From Eubacteriales bacterium (GTDB lineage Bacteria; Bacillota; Clostridia; Oscillospirales; CAG-272): 63,062 nt of DNA. The notes below the pieces were generated by a model. It saw only the letters and a program-made list of their open reading frames with translations. It made no database searches and was not told where the DNA came from. The translations under genes were made by a program, and so were the position numbers. Position 1 is the first letter of the stretch, and each line of letters begins with the position of its first letter. Of this stretch, positions 7,935-17,927 are shown piece by piece. The DNA is taken from contig JAZSGE010000148.1 in the NCBI GenBank assembly GCA_045532575.1, positions 1-63,062 of the forward strand. The letters run 5' to 3'.

Positions 7935-7954
7935 TAGGTTTTTTAGAAATTCAC

Positions 7955-9295
7955 TTAAAATTCAAGGCGTTTTGCCAAGGCTTCCCTGGCTTCCTCGTAG
8001 CCGGGCTTGCCCAGCAGGGCAAACATGTTCTTCTTATAGGCCTCAACACCGGGCTGATCGAAGGGATTGACCCCGAGCAGATAGCCCGAGATCGCGCAGG
8101 CCATTTCAAAGAAGTAGATCATATAGCCGAGGGAATGCTCGCTTCTGTCGGCAAGCTCAAGCACGACATTCGGCACGCCGCCGTCATTGTGCGCAAGGAG
8201 GGTGCCGAGCATGGCGCGCTTGTTGACGTAATCGAGCGACTTCCCGGCGAGGAAGTTCAGCCCGTCAATGTTGGCCTCATCCTCGGGGATCAGGAAGGAG
8301 GCACCGCAATCCTTGATGTCAAGGACGGTTTCAAAGAGCGTACGTCTTCCCTCCTGGATATACTGACCGAGCGAATGCAGATCGGTCGAGAAGATGACAG
8401 AATCGGGGAGAAGGCCCTTGTTGTCCTTGCCCTCGCTTTCGCCGAACAGCTGCTTCCACCACTCGTTGAAAAGGAGCGCGTAGGGCTCGTATCCGACGAG
8501 GATCTCCACGCACTTCCCCTTGCGGTAGAGGGCGTTGCGGATCGCGGCATAGCGAAGAGCGGGGTTCTTCGTAAAGTCAGGAACGAGGCACGCACGGCGC
8601 GCATCGGCGGCGCCCTGCATCAGGGCATCGATGTCAATGCCGGCGCAGGCAACCGGCAACAGGCCCACCGCCGTCAGCACCGAGTAGCGGCCGCCGACGT
8701 CATCCGGGATCACAAAGGTCTCAAAGCCGCTTTCGTCGGCGAAATGCTTGAGCGTGCCGCGCGCCTTGTCGGTCGTCACAAAGATGCGCTCACGGGCGCC
8801 CTCCTCACCGTACTTCTTGTAAAGGAGGTCGCGGAAAACGCGGAAGGCCACAGCGGTCTCGGTCGTCGTGCCCGACTTCGAGATCACGTTCACGCAGATG
8901 TCCTTCCCCTCGCAGATCGAAAGCAGCTCACAAAGGGCCGTCGTGCTGATGTTGTTCCCCGAGAAATAAATGTCGGGGGTATCCTTTTTGAGGCTGTTAT
9001 AAAGAGGAGACTTGACGAACTCAATGACGGCACGGGCGCCGAGGTAGGAGCCGCCAATGCCCAGAACGACCAGGATATCACAGCTCTTCTTAATGCGCTC
9101 GGCCGCCGCCTTGATGCGCGCGAACTCATCGCGGTCGTATGCCTCGGGCAGATCCACCCAGCCGAGGAAGTCGGCACCGGCGCCACTCTTATCTATGACA
9201 CGGGCGAGGGCGGCCTCCGCCTCGGGACGCAGATACTCAAGCTCGTGCTCGGCCACAAAGCCGTTCAAAAATTTTTCGTTTACCTTTAAGGACAT
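7955..9295 (-). CDS. pgi: Glucose-6-phosphate isomerase
   Basis: 446 aa, the short Firmicute-type PGI. Contains the GIGGS and SKSGTT motifs. Confidence 0.95.
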   Translation of the reverse strand: MSLKVNEKFLNGFVAEHELEYLRPEAEAALARVIDKSGAGADFLGWVDLPEAYDRDEFARIKAAAERIKKSCDILVVLGIGGSYLGARAVIEFVKSPLYNSLKKDTPDIYFSGNNISTTALCELLSICEGKDICVNVISKSGTTTETAVAFRVFRDLLYKKYGEEGARERIFVTTDKARGTLKHFADESGFETFVIPDDVGGRYSVLTAVGLLPVACAGIDIDALMQGAADARRACLVPDFTKNPALRYAAIRNALYRKGKCVEILVGYEPYALLFNEWWKQLFGESEGKDNKGLLPDSVIFSTDLHSLGQYIQEGRRTLFETVLDIKDCGASFLIPEDEANIDGLNFLAGKSLDYVNKRAMLGTLLAHNDGGVPNVVLELADRSEHSLGYMIYFFEMACAISGYLLGVNPFDQPGVEAYKKNMFALLGKPGYEEAREALAKRLEF

Positions 9296-9332
9296 AACCG
9301 TCTCCTCCGAAACTTTTTAGTATTCTTTCTTT

Positions 9333-9361
9333 ATTATATACCTAAATCGTCACAGGCGCAA
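9333..9361 (-). promoter_or_regulatory. sigmaA-type promoter for pgi
   Basis: Minus strand: TTGCGC, 17 nt, TATAAT. Confidence 0.5.
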
Positions 9362-9408
9362 GATGCTTGCGGCGAAAAATGAAAATTTAGTTAAAGAATC
9401 CGGGAAAT

Positions 9409-10572
9409 TCAGGTGTTGCTTCCGTAAGCGCCGATCGTTGCATAGAGAAGACGGCAAAGAATGTCGAAAAAGGAAACCGCGGGAACGCTTTCGGCCGCTA
9501 CGATCTCTGCCGCTCCGATCAGGCGGCCGTCAACAAGATACTCGGCCTTCCCCACGGTATCTCCGGCGGCGATCGGGGCCGCAAGGCGCTCGGGGAGGTC
9601 ATAGCGTACCTCGACGCGCTTCTCCTCCCCCTTCGAGAGCAGAGCCGAAAAATCGCGGACCGTAAGAGGCACCGTCTCCTCGCGCCCACCGGTTACCGCC
9701 ATGGGCTCAAGCGCAGGGGCCTCGGCACGGTAAAGCGCATAGCCCGAAAAGCCGTAGTCCAGGAGCTTTTTGGCCTCGGCATTGCGGATATCTCGCGTAG
9801 GCGCCCCCATAATGACGGCGATCAGGTGCATCCCTCCACGCTCCGCCGTTGCACTGATGCAGAAGCCCGCCTTCCCCGTAGAGCCAGTCTTAAGGCCCGT
9901 TGCGCCGGGATAAAAGCGGACGAGACGGTTGGTATTCGTCAGGGTAAAGCTCCCGTCGCGGATGGTGTCCTGCCAGATCGTCGTATAGTCGAGGATCTTC
10001 TCGTGTGCAAGGAGCGCTCTTGACATCAGGGCGATATCGCGCGCACTTGTCAGATGCTTGGTGACGGTGTCGTCAAGGCCGTTGGTGTTTTCAAAGACCG
10101 TGTTCTTCATGCCGAGCTCGGCCGCACGCGCATTCATCCGACGGACAAAGGCCTCCTCACTCCCTGCTACGTGCTCGGCAAGAGCATAGGCGGCATCGTT
10201 GGCGCTGGCGATCACCACGCACTTCAAAAGCTCCTCAAGGCGCATGGTCTCCCCCGGCTCGAGGAAGACCTGGGAGCCGCCCATCCCGGCCGCCTCCTCG
10301 CTGACGCTCACCGTGTCGTCGAGAGAAACGCGCCCCTCGTCGATCGCCTCCATCACAAGCAAAAGCGTCATGATCTTGGTGACGGATGCCGGCGGAAGCG
10401 CCAGGTCAGCCTCCTTTTCATAGAGGACGGTCCCCGTAGCGGCATCCATCAGAATAGCGGATTTCGCCTCTAAATCAAAGGGATATTCATTGGCAGAAGT
10501 TGCGTTTGAAGAAAATGGGATCAAAGCAAGCACAAAGGCAAACGCAAGGATTACGGAACACAGCTTTTTCAT
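9409..10572 (-). CDS. D-alanyl-D-alanine carboxypeptidase (S11, PBP5-type)
   Basis: Start set at MKKLCSVIL (signal peptide) after a GGAGGGAG RBS. SVTK is the SxxK motif. A C-terminal PBP5_C-like domain is present. The track ORF is over-extended by 59 codons. Confidence 0.85.
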   Translation of the reverse strand: MKKLCSVILAFAFVLALIPFSSNATSANEYPFDLEAKSAILMDAATGTVLYEKEADLALPPASVTKIMTLLLVMEAIDEGRVSLDDTVSVSEEAAGMGGSQVFLEPGETMRLEELLKCVVIASANDAAYALAEHVAGSEEAFVRRMNARAAELGMKNTVFENTNGLDDTVTKHLTSARDIALMSRALLAHEKILDYTTIWQDTIRDGSFTLTNTNRLVRFYPGATGLKTGSTGKAGFCISATAERGGMHLIAVIMGAPTRDIRNAEAKKLLDYGFSGYALYRAEAPALEPMAVTGGREETVPLTVRDFSALLSKGEEKRVEVRYDLPERLAAPIAAGDTVGKAEYLVDGRLIGAAEIVAAESVPAVSFFDILCRLLYATIGAYGSNT

Positions 10573-10665
10573 GGTATACTCCCTCCCCGGATGTTCTATC
10601 ACCAAGTATATGAGGGGAAGGAAGCAAAAATGTCGCCCTCCACCCGAGAATTCCCGGTGGATGTA

Positions 10666-10694
10666 TTGATTTTCTTGCGCGTATATGGTATACT
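10666..10694 (+). promoter_or_regulatory. sigmaA-type promoter for the membrane protein gene
   Basis: TTGATT, 17 nt, TGgTATACT. Confidence 0.55.
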
Positions 10695-10722
10695 GTTTTG
10701 TAAGTATCCTGGAGGTAACGCC

Positions 10723-11733
10723 ATGGCGGAGTATATGCACGATCCCCACGAGGAATATGAAGAAGCGCCCCCGAAAAGGAAGCGCTTCCGTTTGTTCGAT
10801 ACACAGCGTGAGGGCCCGGGTCTCGACACACCCGAGGCTCCCATCACCCCCGATCTCAAGGGGTTTTTCCGCTCCTTCAAGCGCAATTTCATGCGCCTTG
10901 TCCGAGTCAATCTCTTCACTCTTATCGGTAACTTCCCGGTTCTTTTTGCCCTGCTCGGCCTTTCGGGCCTCTTTAAGATCGGGTATATGACACCGGTTTC
11001 GGGGTATTTTGCCGATCTTCGGGCGCTGTGGCTTTTGGGCGGCGCTGATCCCGCGACGATGGCGCTCGTCGGTGCTGTCGGCGTGCAGATCCCCAACAGC
11101 GCTATGACGACCACCTCATACGTTCTTCTTGGGCTCTCGCTCCTGACCTTTTTGACCTTTGGTCTTGTCAAGGTGGGGACGACCTATATCATCCGCGCCC
11201 TTGTGCGTAATGAGCCCACCTTTATGATCGCAGATTTCTTCTATGCGGTCAAGCGTAACAAAAAGCAGGGCTTTTTCATGGGGCTCCTCGATCTTTTCCT
11301 CCTGCTCCTCGTGCCCGTCAACATCTTCATTCTCCTTGAGTCCACGGGTAACTTTTTCAACAGCATCGTTTTCTGGATGAATGTGATCATTGCACTTATT
11401 TATCTTTGCATGCGCCCCTACATTTATCTCCAGATGATCACATTTGACCTTTCGATCGCAAAGATCATCAAAAACGCCCTGATCTTTTCCCTTCTCGGCA
11501 TCAAGCGCAACCTCATGGCCCTCCTTGGCGTTGCACTTCTCGTTCTTCTGATGGTCTTTTTGATCTTCGGTCTTGGTGGTGCGCTCCTGCCGCTCGGACT
11601 TGCCATGATCTTCATCCTCTTCTCTGCCGGCTCCTTTATGCACGCCTTTGCCGCGTGGCATAAGCTCGAGGAGATCATGATCGCCCCTCTTGAGGACGAT
11701 CAGTCGTCTACACCGGAGGCCGAGGTTGAATAA
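10723..11733 (+). CDS. Polytopic membrane protein (YesL/DUF624-like)
   Basis: Start at MAEYMHD after a GGAGGT RBS. About 6 TM segments follow an acidic/basic N-terminal tail. Confidence 0.5.
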   Translation: MAEYMHDPHEEYEEAPPKRKRFRLFDTQREGPGLDTPEAPITPDLKGFFRSFKRNFMRLVRVNLFTLIGNFPVLFALLGLSGLFKIGYMTPVSGYFADLRALWLLGGADPATMALVGAVGVQIPNSAMTTTSYVLLGLSLLTFLTFGLVKVGTTYIIRALVRNEPTFMIADFFYAVKRNKKQGFFMGLLDLFLLLLVPVNIFILLESTGNFFNSIVFWMNVIIALIYLCMRPYIYLQMITFDLSIAKIIKNALIFSLLGIKRNLMALLGVALLVLLMVFLIFGLGGALLPLGLAMIFILFSAGSFMHAFAAWHKLEEIMIAPLEDDQSSTPEAEVE

Positions 11734-12428
11734 GTCAACAGCTCGGAAACTGTAACAAATCGGTATCCTGCCGCGCTAAGGCGCGGCAGGATTTCTTTTA
11801 AGGCGGCCACCGTGTGGCATTCGCTTCCCCCATAATCGTGAAACAGGACGATCGAGCCCGGTGTGATATTCTTCATTACGTTTTTAACGATCTCGGCGGT
11901 GCTGACACCGGTCCAGTCCCTGGTATCGATGTTCCACAGCACGACAGATAGCCCACAGTCGGTCGCCGCGCGGCACACATCACCGCTGTAAACCCCGGCC
12001 GGGGGACGGAACACCGTTGGGGCGACGCCCGTGATGTCCTCGATCAGCTCCTCGGTCCTTGAAAGCTCACCGAGGAGTGCCCCCTTCTCCACGTGTGACA
12101 GCGACGGGTGGGAATAGGTGTGATTACCGATCTCATGCCCTTCCGCCACGGCGCGGACCGTCGCTTCTCCGTACAGCCTCAAATTCTTTCCTATAACAAA
12201 GAAGGTGGCCTTGGCATCGTGCTCTGCCAGCACATCTAAGATCCTGTCGGTCGTCTTCGGATGCGGCCCGTCGTCAAAGGTGAGGGCCACCACCCGTTCC
12301 TCGGTGGAGACCCGATGATAGACGGTGCCCTCCGCCGCATGGGCAATGCAAAAGAGGCACCCCGAGGCAGAGAGCCAGAGGGCCATCAGAACGGCGCCCA
12401 AGGGGGCAAGGCAGCTCCTATCTCGCAT
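11700..12428 (-). CDS. Polysaccharide deacetylase (NodB domain), secreted or lipoprotein
   Basis: TFDDGPHP and HTYSHP are NodB motifs. Start chosen at MRDRSCLAPLGAVLMALWLSASGC (signal-like, GGTGG RBS). The longest ORF would start at 12470. Confidence 0.8.
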   Translation of the reverse strand: MRDRSCLAPLGAVLMALWLSASGCLFCIAHAAEGTVYHRVSTEERVVALTFDDGPHPKTTDRILDVLAEHDAKATFFVIGKNLRLYGEATVRAVAEGHEIGNHTYSHPSLSHVEKGALLGELSRTEELIEDITGVAPTVFRPPAGVYSGDVCRAATDCGLSVVLWNIDTRDWTGVSTAEIVKNVMKNITPGSIVLFHDYGGSECHTVAALKEILPRLSAAGYRFVTVSELLTYSTSASGVDD

Positions 12429-13188
12429 CCGATGCCACCAGCTCATCGAGCGTGCCAAAGCGGTAGCCAAGCTCGCGCCACTTGGCGATCAGCGTTGGCA
12501 GGATCGCCGCATTGGTGGCCGAGGTCGGGTGTAGGAGGATGATGGCCCCGTTGTGGGTATTGGCCATCACCTTCCGGATGGCATCCTCGGGGCTCGGCTG
12601 CTTAGCATTGTCCCAATCGGCATACGCAAAGCTCCAGAAGATCGTCTTGTAGCCGTTTCTTTGTGCGATCTTCAGATTTTCCTTACAGAAGCGCCCCTCG
12701 GGCGGACGGTAATACATAGCCATCTCCCGACCGATCCGCTCGCGATACAGATCACTGAGCGCCGTTAGCTCCTTCATAAATTCCATTTCATCGGTAATAC
12801 GGCTCATATCCTTGTGGCGCAGGGTGTGGTTGCACACGAGATGCCCCTCCTCCGCCATGCGGCGGACGAGATCCTCGTTGCGCAGGATCAGGTTGTCAAG
12901 AATGAAAAAAGCGGCAGGCACCTCCTCTGCCTTCAGGGTGTTGAGGATCTTCTCAACATTCCCGTTTTCGTACCCGGCATCAAAGGTGAGATACAACACC
13001 TTCTCTTCCTCCCCGTCGCCGTGCCTGCGGTCTACATAATATCCGCCGTATTCCTCGACATAAGAAAATCTTGGGTCAAGCTCGGGCTGGCGATGCTCGC
13101 TGTTCCGCTTGACGTACCATCCGTCCCCGGCAGGGGATGCCCCCACAAGCGAAGAGAGCAGGATGGCGGCTATCAAAAAAATTGTCAT
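12418..13188 (-). CDS. pdaA: Delta-lactam-biosynthetic de-N-acetylase-like polysaccharide deacetylase
   Basis: 256 aa. YLTFDAGYENGN plus AFFILDN..HTLRH match the PdaA-type pattern. N-terminal signal/TM segment. Confidence 0.7.
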   Translation of the reverse strand: MTIFLIAAILLSSLVGASPAGDGWYVKRNSEHRQPELDPRFSYVEEYGGYYVDRRHGDGEEEKVLYLTFDAGYENGNVEKILNTLKAEEVPAAFFILDNLILRNEDLVRRMAEEGHLVCNHTLRHKDMSRITDEMEFMKELTALSDLYRERIGREMAMYYRPPEGRFCKENLKIAQRNGYKTIFWSFAYADWDNAKQPSPEDAIRKVMANTHNGAIILLHPTSATNAAILPTLIAKWRELGYRFGTLDELVASDAR

Positions 13189-13263
13189 GGTTCATCAACT
13201 CCTTTGTCTTTATTCTGTCGAGAAAAGAGCTGTCAAAACCCCGTGAAATACAGGAAAAACAAT

Positions 13264-13296
13264 AAAAAAGCGGATATCGTGCGATATCCGCTTTTT
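13264..13296. terminator. Terminator downstream of rpsU (bidirectional geometry)
   Basis: gcggatatcg-tg-cgatatccgc, flanked by A6 and T5 runs. Confidence 0.8.
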
Positions 13297-13298
13297 CA

Positions 13299-13475
13299 TT
13301 ACTTGTACTTGCGCTTACGGGCCGCCTCAGCCTTCTTCTTACGCTTCACGCTGGGCTTCTCGTAGTGCTCTCTTTTACGCAGTTCGGCGAGAACACCGGA
13401 CTTGGCGCACTGTCTTTTGAAACGACGGAGCGCGCTGTCAAGAGATTCATTTTCTTTTACTCTGACTTCAGCCAT
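13299..13475 (-). CDS. rpsU: 30S ribosomal protein S21
   Basis: Hand translation gives [58 protein letters not shown] (58 aa, below the track cutoff). GGAGGG RBS. Confidence 0.9.
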   Translation of the reverse strand: MAEVRVKENESLDSALRRFKRQCAKSGVLAELRKREHYEKPSVKRKKKAEAARKRKYK

Positions 13476-13526
13476 TCTTTATCCCTCCCCTCGCTGTCAG
13501 CAAGAGATAAAATCTCAAACATTAGT

Positions 13527-13555
13527 ATTATACTTCCTTTTTTCGCCTTTGTCAA
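13527..13555 (-). promoter_or_regulatory. sigmaA consensus promoter for rpsU
   Basis: Minus strand: TTGACA, 17 nt, TATAAT. Confidence 0.7.
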
Positions 13556-13564
13556 TAGGATTTC

Positions 13565-14425
13565 TTATTTCTTAGCGAAAAAGTTTTCTGCGGCCTTCAT
13601 CGTGTTGCAAAGGAGCATCGTGATGGTCATCGGCCCGACTCCGCCGGGGACCGGCGTAATGTGCGAGGCGACCTCGGCAACGCCGTCAAAATCCACATCC
13701 CCGCAGAGCTTCCCTTCCTCGTTGCGGTTCATGCCGACGTCAATGACCACGGCGCCGGGCTTCACCATGTCGGCGGTAATGACCTTGGCGCGCCCTACTG
13801 CCACAACCAGAATGTCGGCACGGCGTGTCACCTCGGCAAGATCGGGAGTTTTTGAATGACAGACCGTTACCGTTGCATTTTTCTCAAGGAGCAGGAGTGC
13901 CTGCGGCTTGCCGACGATATTGCTACGGCCGACGACCACCGCCGTGCGACCGGAGGGGTCAATGCCGTAGAAGCTGAGCAGCTCCATAACACCGGCCGGT
14001 GTGCAGGGGACAAAATCGTATTCTCCCGTCATGACGCCGCCAACATTCTGCGGATGGAAGGCGTCCACGTCCTTGCGGGGATCGATCGCCAGAATGACAG
14101 CCTCCTTTGAAATGTGCTTCGGCAGAGGGAGCTGTACCAGGATGCCGTGGATCGCCTCGTCGCGGTTCAGGGTGTCGATGAGCGCAAGCAGCTCCTCTTG
14201 TGTGGTGGAGGCATCCAGGGTGTATACGCGCGAGAGGAAGCCGACCTCCTCGCAGGCGCGGTGCTTATTTCTTACGTAGACCTGTGAGGCGGGATCCTCC
14301 CCCACCAGGATGACGGCGAGCCCCGGGACGATGCCGTGCGCCTCCCGGAAGGCGAGACACGCGGCACGGAGCCTTTCGCGTACCGAGGCGGAAACCGCCT
14401 TCCCGTCGATCAATGTTGCTTTCAT
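13565..14425 (-). CDS. folD: Bifunctional methylenetetrahydrofolate dehydrogenase/cyclohydrolase
   Basis: Start at [22 protein letters not shown] and [10 protein letters not shown] motifs. The track ORF is over-extended by 26 codons. Confidence 0.93.
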   Translation of the reverse strand: MKATLIDGKAVSASVRERLRAACLAFREAHGIVPGLAVILVGEDPASQVYVRNKHRACEEVGFLSRVYTLDASTTQEELLALIDTLNRDEAIHGILVQLPLPKHISKEAVILAIDPRKDVDAFHPQNVGGVMTGEYDFVPCTPAGVMELLSFYGIDPSGRTAVVVGRSNIVGKPQALLLLEKNATVTVCHSKTPDLAEVTRRADILVVAVGRAKVITADMVKPGAVVIDVGMNRNEEGKLCGDVDFDGVAEVASHITPVPGGVGPMTITMLLCNTMKAAENFFAKK

Positions 14426-14426
14426 T

Positions 14427-15305
14427 TTACTGTTCCTCGCTTGATTTGATTTCGCCGGCGGCGGTGCGGAAGGCCGTCTCCGTGCGCGTTTTCTTGATAG
14501 CATGATACACTAAGAGTCCGCCAAAGATCAGGAAGGAGAAGAAGCCGACAAGCGACGATATCTTCAAGAACCATTGCTCCCCGAAGACTCCGGCAAGGAT
14601 ATAGAGACTGTCGGTGCGGAGCTGCTCGATGAGCATCCGGCCGAAGCCGTACCACGCAAAGTACATAAAGGCGATCTGACCGTTGTAGCGCTTCTTTTTA
14701 TAAAAGAGATTGATAAGGATAAAGCCGAGGAGATTCCAGAGCGACTCATAGATGAAGGTCGGGTGATAATAGTGCATGGCGCCGTATTCACCGTGGGCAA
14801 GTCCCATCCGGCAAAAGATGTCGGTTTCGCCGCCGTGCGCCTCGCCGTTCATGAAGTTTCCCCATCGTCCGATCATCTGACCGATCATAACAGCCGGGGC
14901 TACCATGTCAAAAAACTTTAAAAAATTGTACTTTTTTACTCGGCAGAAGATAATGATGGTCAGCGCACCGGCGATTACCCCGCCATAGATCGCAAGGCCG
15001 CCCTCCCATATCTTGAAGATGTCCCAAAAGCTGTCAAACAGCCGAAGGGAGGTAAGCACGAAGTAGAGGCGCGCCCCAAGAACACCGAAGAAGATCACAA
15101 AGATGCCAAGGTCGATCACATCGTCCGCAAGGACGCGCTCGTGCTTGGCACGGTAGAGCACGTAAAGTGTGGCAAGAATAATACCGGTCGTAATGATAAT
15201 GCCGTACCAGGCGATCGGATGACCGAAGACGGTAAAGGCAACGCTGTTCAGTCGGAATTCCCCTATCCCGAGCCCCGGGAAGGAAACGCGTGTTATTCTA
15301 AGCAT
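14427..15305 (-). CDS. lgt: Prolipoprotein diacylglyceryl transferase
   Basis: 292 aa. [16 protein letters not shown] and HPTFIYES motifs. Its stop lies 1 nt from the folD start. Confidence 0.9.
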   Translation of the reverse strand: MLRITRVSFPGLGIGEFRLNSVAFTVFGHPIAWYGIIITTGIILATLYVLYRAKHERVLADDVIDLGIFVIFFGVLGARLYFVLTSLRLFDSFWDIFKIWEGGLAIYGGVIAGALTIIIFCRVKKYNFLKFFDMVAPAVMIGQMIGRWGNFMNGEAHGGETDIFCRMGLAHGEYGAMHYYHPTFIYESLWNLLGFILINLFYKKKRYNGQIAFMYFAWYGFGRMLIEQLRTDSLYILAGVFGEQWFLKISSLVGFFSFLIFGGLLVYHAIKKTRTETAFRTAAGEIKSSEEQ

Positions 15306-16611
15306 GGATCTCCTTCTTTCCTTTCATTGGATGTACGACAGCATAGGAAAGCCTGTCCTCGTTGAAAAAGTCCTTGGCCACCGCCATCGCCTCATCGAGC
15401 GTGATCGAGGTGAGAGCATCCCCCGTGGCAAACAGCTCGACCCCCTCGACTACCGCATCCAAAAGTGCGGTGGCGATCAGCTCGGTGCTGTCAAAATCCT
15501 TGATATATTCGGCGTAGTGAACGCGTCGGATGCGCTCAAAATCGGCTTCCGATGGCCGCCTCCCCCGGCGAATGTCGGAAAACTCGGTGCGCAGCTCCTC
15601 AAGGAGCACCATCGGCTCATCGGTAGCGGCGGTGATGAGAAGGTGCCCGGCCTTTCGGATCGATTCGTAGCCGGCTGAGAAATCATGGGAGATCAGCCCA
15701 CGTTTATAGAGACGTTCAAAAAAGGGCGTGCTTTCGCCGAAATAGAGGTCGGCCAGAAGATTCAGTATCAGGGCTCGGCGCTCGCGCTCGACAGGAGAAT
15801 CGGAAAGCCCCGTGTCCTTGATCCCCACACACAGCTTCGGTCTTGCGATATCCATGTGGAACTCATGGCTCTTTGCAAAGATCGCCTCCGGCTCCTCGGC
15901 CCCCTGGCAGAGTACCTCTTCGGCGGCGGTGGCCGCCGGGAGTGCCTTATCCACGACCCGAAGGACCGCCTCGGGTGTCACATCGCCGCATACGATCAGG
16001 ATCATGTTTTCGGGACGGTAGAAGGCGCGGTGGCACCGCATCAGCACCTCGGGCGTGATCTCGCGGATCGAGTCACAGGAGCCGCAAATGTTTGTACGGA
16101 TGCCGTGATTGGCGTAAAGCAGCTCCATGACTGCATAATAGAGGCGATTGGAGGCAGAGTCATCGTACATCTTGATCTCCTGTGCGATGATCCCCTGCTC
16201 CTTTTCGATGTTCTTTTCGGTAAAATACGGATGGAATACGCTGTCGATCAGGATCGCCAGCGGCTCCTCGACATCCCTTGTGGTAGAAAACAGATAGGAT
16301 GTTACGTCGTTCGAGGTGTAGGCGTTTGCAGAGGCCCCCAGGGCGGCAAAGCGATCAAAGGTATCGACATGATCCTCGTTTTCAAACATTTTGTGCTCGA
16401 GGAAGTGCGCCGTGCCGTCCGGCACCGAGAGGAAGTCCTCCTCGGAGGCAAAGCGGAAGCGGTTATCGAGCGAGCCAAAGCGAACCGTCAGTGCGGCATA
16501 CACCGTCGACAGCTTTTTTTCAAAGACATAGACGGTAAGCCCCGAGGGGTGAAGGATCTTATGGTACCGTTCCCGGAGGAAAGGATTCTGTATCAGGGTG
16601 GACTTATTCAT
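15298..16611 (-). CDS. M16-family zinc peptidase (active subunit, HxxEH)
   Basis: Start at MNKSTLIQ (ATGAATAA overlap with the upstream stop). HFLEH is the inverted zincin motif. Confidence 0.85.
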   Translation of the reverse strand: MNKSTLIQNPFLRERYHKILHPSGLTVYVFEKKLSTVYAALTVRFGSLDNRFRFASEEDFLSVPDGTAHFLEHKMFENEDHVDTFDRFAALGASANAYTSNDVTSYLFSTTRDVEEPLAILIDSVFHPYFTEKNIEKEQGIIAQEIKMYDDSASNRLYYAVMELLYANHGIRTNICGSCDSIREITPEVLMRCHRAFYRPENMILIVCGDVTPEAVLRVVDKALPAATAAEEVLCQGAEEPEAIFAKSHEFHMDIARPKLCVGIKDTGLSDSPVERERRALILNLLADLYFGESTPFFERLYKRGLISHDFSAGYESIRKAGHLLITAATDEPMVLLEELRTEFSDIRRGRRPSEADFERIRRVHYAEYIKDFDSTELIATALLDAVVEGVELFATGDALTSITLDEAMAVAKDFFNEDRLSYAVVHPMKGKKEIHA

Positions 16612-17908
16612 CCTCGGTCTCCTCTCCCCCCTCCTGGCTTCCGCGCAGAAAATACACAGTATCCGGCAGTACGCGCTTGGCCACCCGCGCAAGGTCGCGC
16701 ACGGTGACGCCATCCAGCGCCGCCGCCAGCTCATCGGGCGTTTGCAGTACACCGCGGAGGGCACGTACAAGATAAAAGCGGCGTAGTACCGCGGGCTCAT
16801 CCTCTAAGGATGCCAGCTGGTTTTTCAGCATGCGGAGTGCCATATCCATCTCGTTTGCCGTGATCTTGCCGGCACGCATCCTACGGAGCTGACGGAGGAT
16901 CTCTCGTACCGCGCGACGGCGATTTTTATTGTCGATCCCGGCCGATACAAACAGCAGTCCGGCTGCCATCTCCGCGCGCGAGCCGCAGGAATAGCAAAGG
17001 CTCAGCCGTTCCCGGACGTTAACAAACAACTTTGACGTCGGGGATTGGCTGTAAATGGCGTGAAACAGCATAAAAGCGGCCGCATCGGCATCGGAAAGCG
17101 TCACCCCGGTGCGGAAACCGAGGCAAAGCTTGCCCTGGAGCACGGAGGCACGCTCGGTAACGTGCTTCTTGCGCTCGGGTACGATCTGCCTCTCGGCGGT
17201 ACGGACGGGGAGCGGATGACGGGTGACTCCGGCAAAGGCCTCGCGGATACGGGCGATGAGCCCTTCGGTATCCGCCGTCCCACAGTAGAAGATCTCAAAG
17301 CGCGCCTCGGTCAAAAGGCGGCGGTAGGCATCGTAGAGAGAGGCGGGGGTGATGCGCTCGATCTCCTCTTCACTTCCCCATTCATGGATGGCATAGGGCT
17401 CGCCCTCGCACATATGAGAAATACAGCGATTGAGTGCGTAGACCGCCTTGTTGTTCTGGAGCGAGCGGATCGCGTGGCACGCGTTCGTCTTCTCCCCCTC
17501 CACGTAATCGTCAAGAAACACACCCGTGGTCTTATCAATGCAGGGAGAAAACAAAAGCCCGAGGAGAAGCTCGGTCGCAGGGAGCAGAAGATCCTCGCCC
17601 TTCGGTACAAAATCACGGCGCAGGACATCCACCGTCAGGACAAGGACCTGGCTCTCCCCGATCTTGATCGTTCCCGACGAAAGATCGGCGGAATACAGCT
17701 CCTCCTGGCGTCGCACAAGGGCCGCCGCTGTCGGATAAGCACTGCTCCCACGGCGAAGCACGCGCGGCAGGAGCGCGATCCTCGAGGCATCGGCCTCATT
17801 CGTCAGGGGAACCGTCAGATAGAGGGTGAGCTGCTCGGTCTTGAATTTATCGGTGGGTATGGTAGTAAAATAGATCTCGTTTTGTAGTTCTGTTCTTTCA
17901 ATTTTCAT
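16604..17908 (-). CDS. M16-family peptidase-like protein lacking HxxEH (probably a non-catalytic partner)
   Basis: Start at MKIERTELQ. The fold resembles its neighbour, but the motif position reads LLPRVLRRG. Confidence 0.75.
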   Translation of the reverse strand: MKIERTELQNEIYFTTIPTDKFKTEQLTLYLTVPLTNEADASRIALLPRVLRRGSSAYPTAAALVRRQEELYSADLSSGTIKIGESQVLVLTVDVLRRDFVPKGEDLLLPATELLLGLLFSPCIDKTTGVFLDDYVEGEKTNACHAIRSLQNNKAVYALNRCISHMCEGEPYAIHEWGSEEEIERITPASLYDAYRRLLTEARFEIFYCGTADTEGLIARIREAFAGVTRHPLPVRTAERQIVPERKKHVTERASVLQGKLCLGFRTGVTLSDADAAAFMLFHAIYSQSPTSKLFVNVRERLSLCYSCGSRAEMAAGLLFVSAGIDNKNRRRAVREILRQLRRMRAGKITANEMDMALRMLKNQLASLEDEPAVLRRFYLVRALRGVLQTPDELAAALDGVTVRDLARVAKRVLPDTVYFLRGSQEGGEETEDE

Positions 17909-17927
17909 AGAGTACACGGGGATGGCA

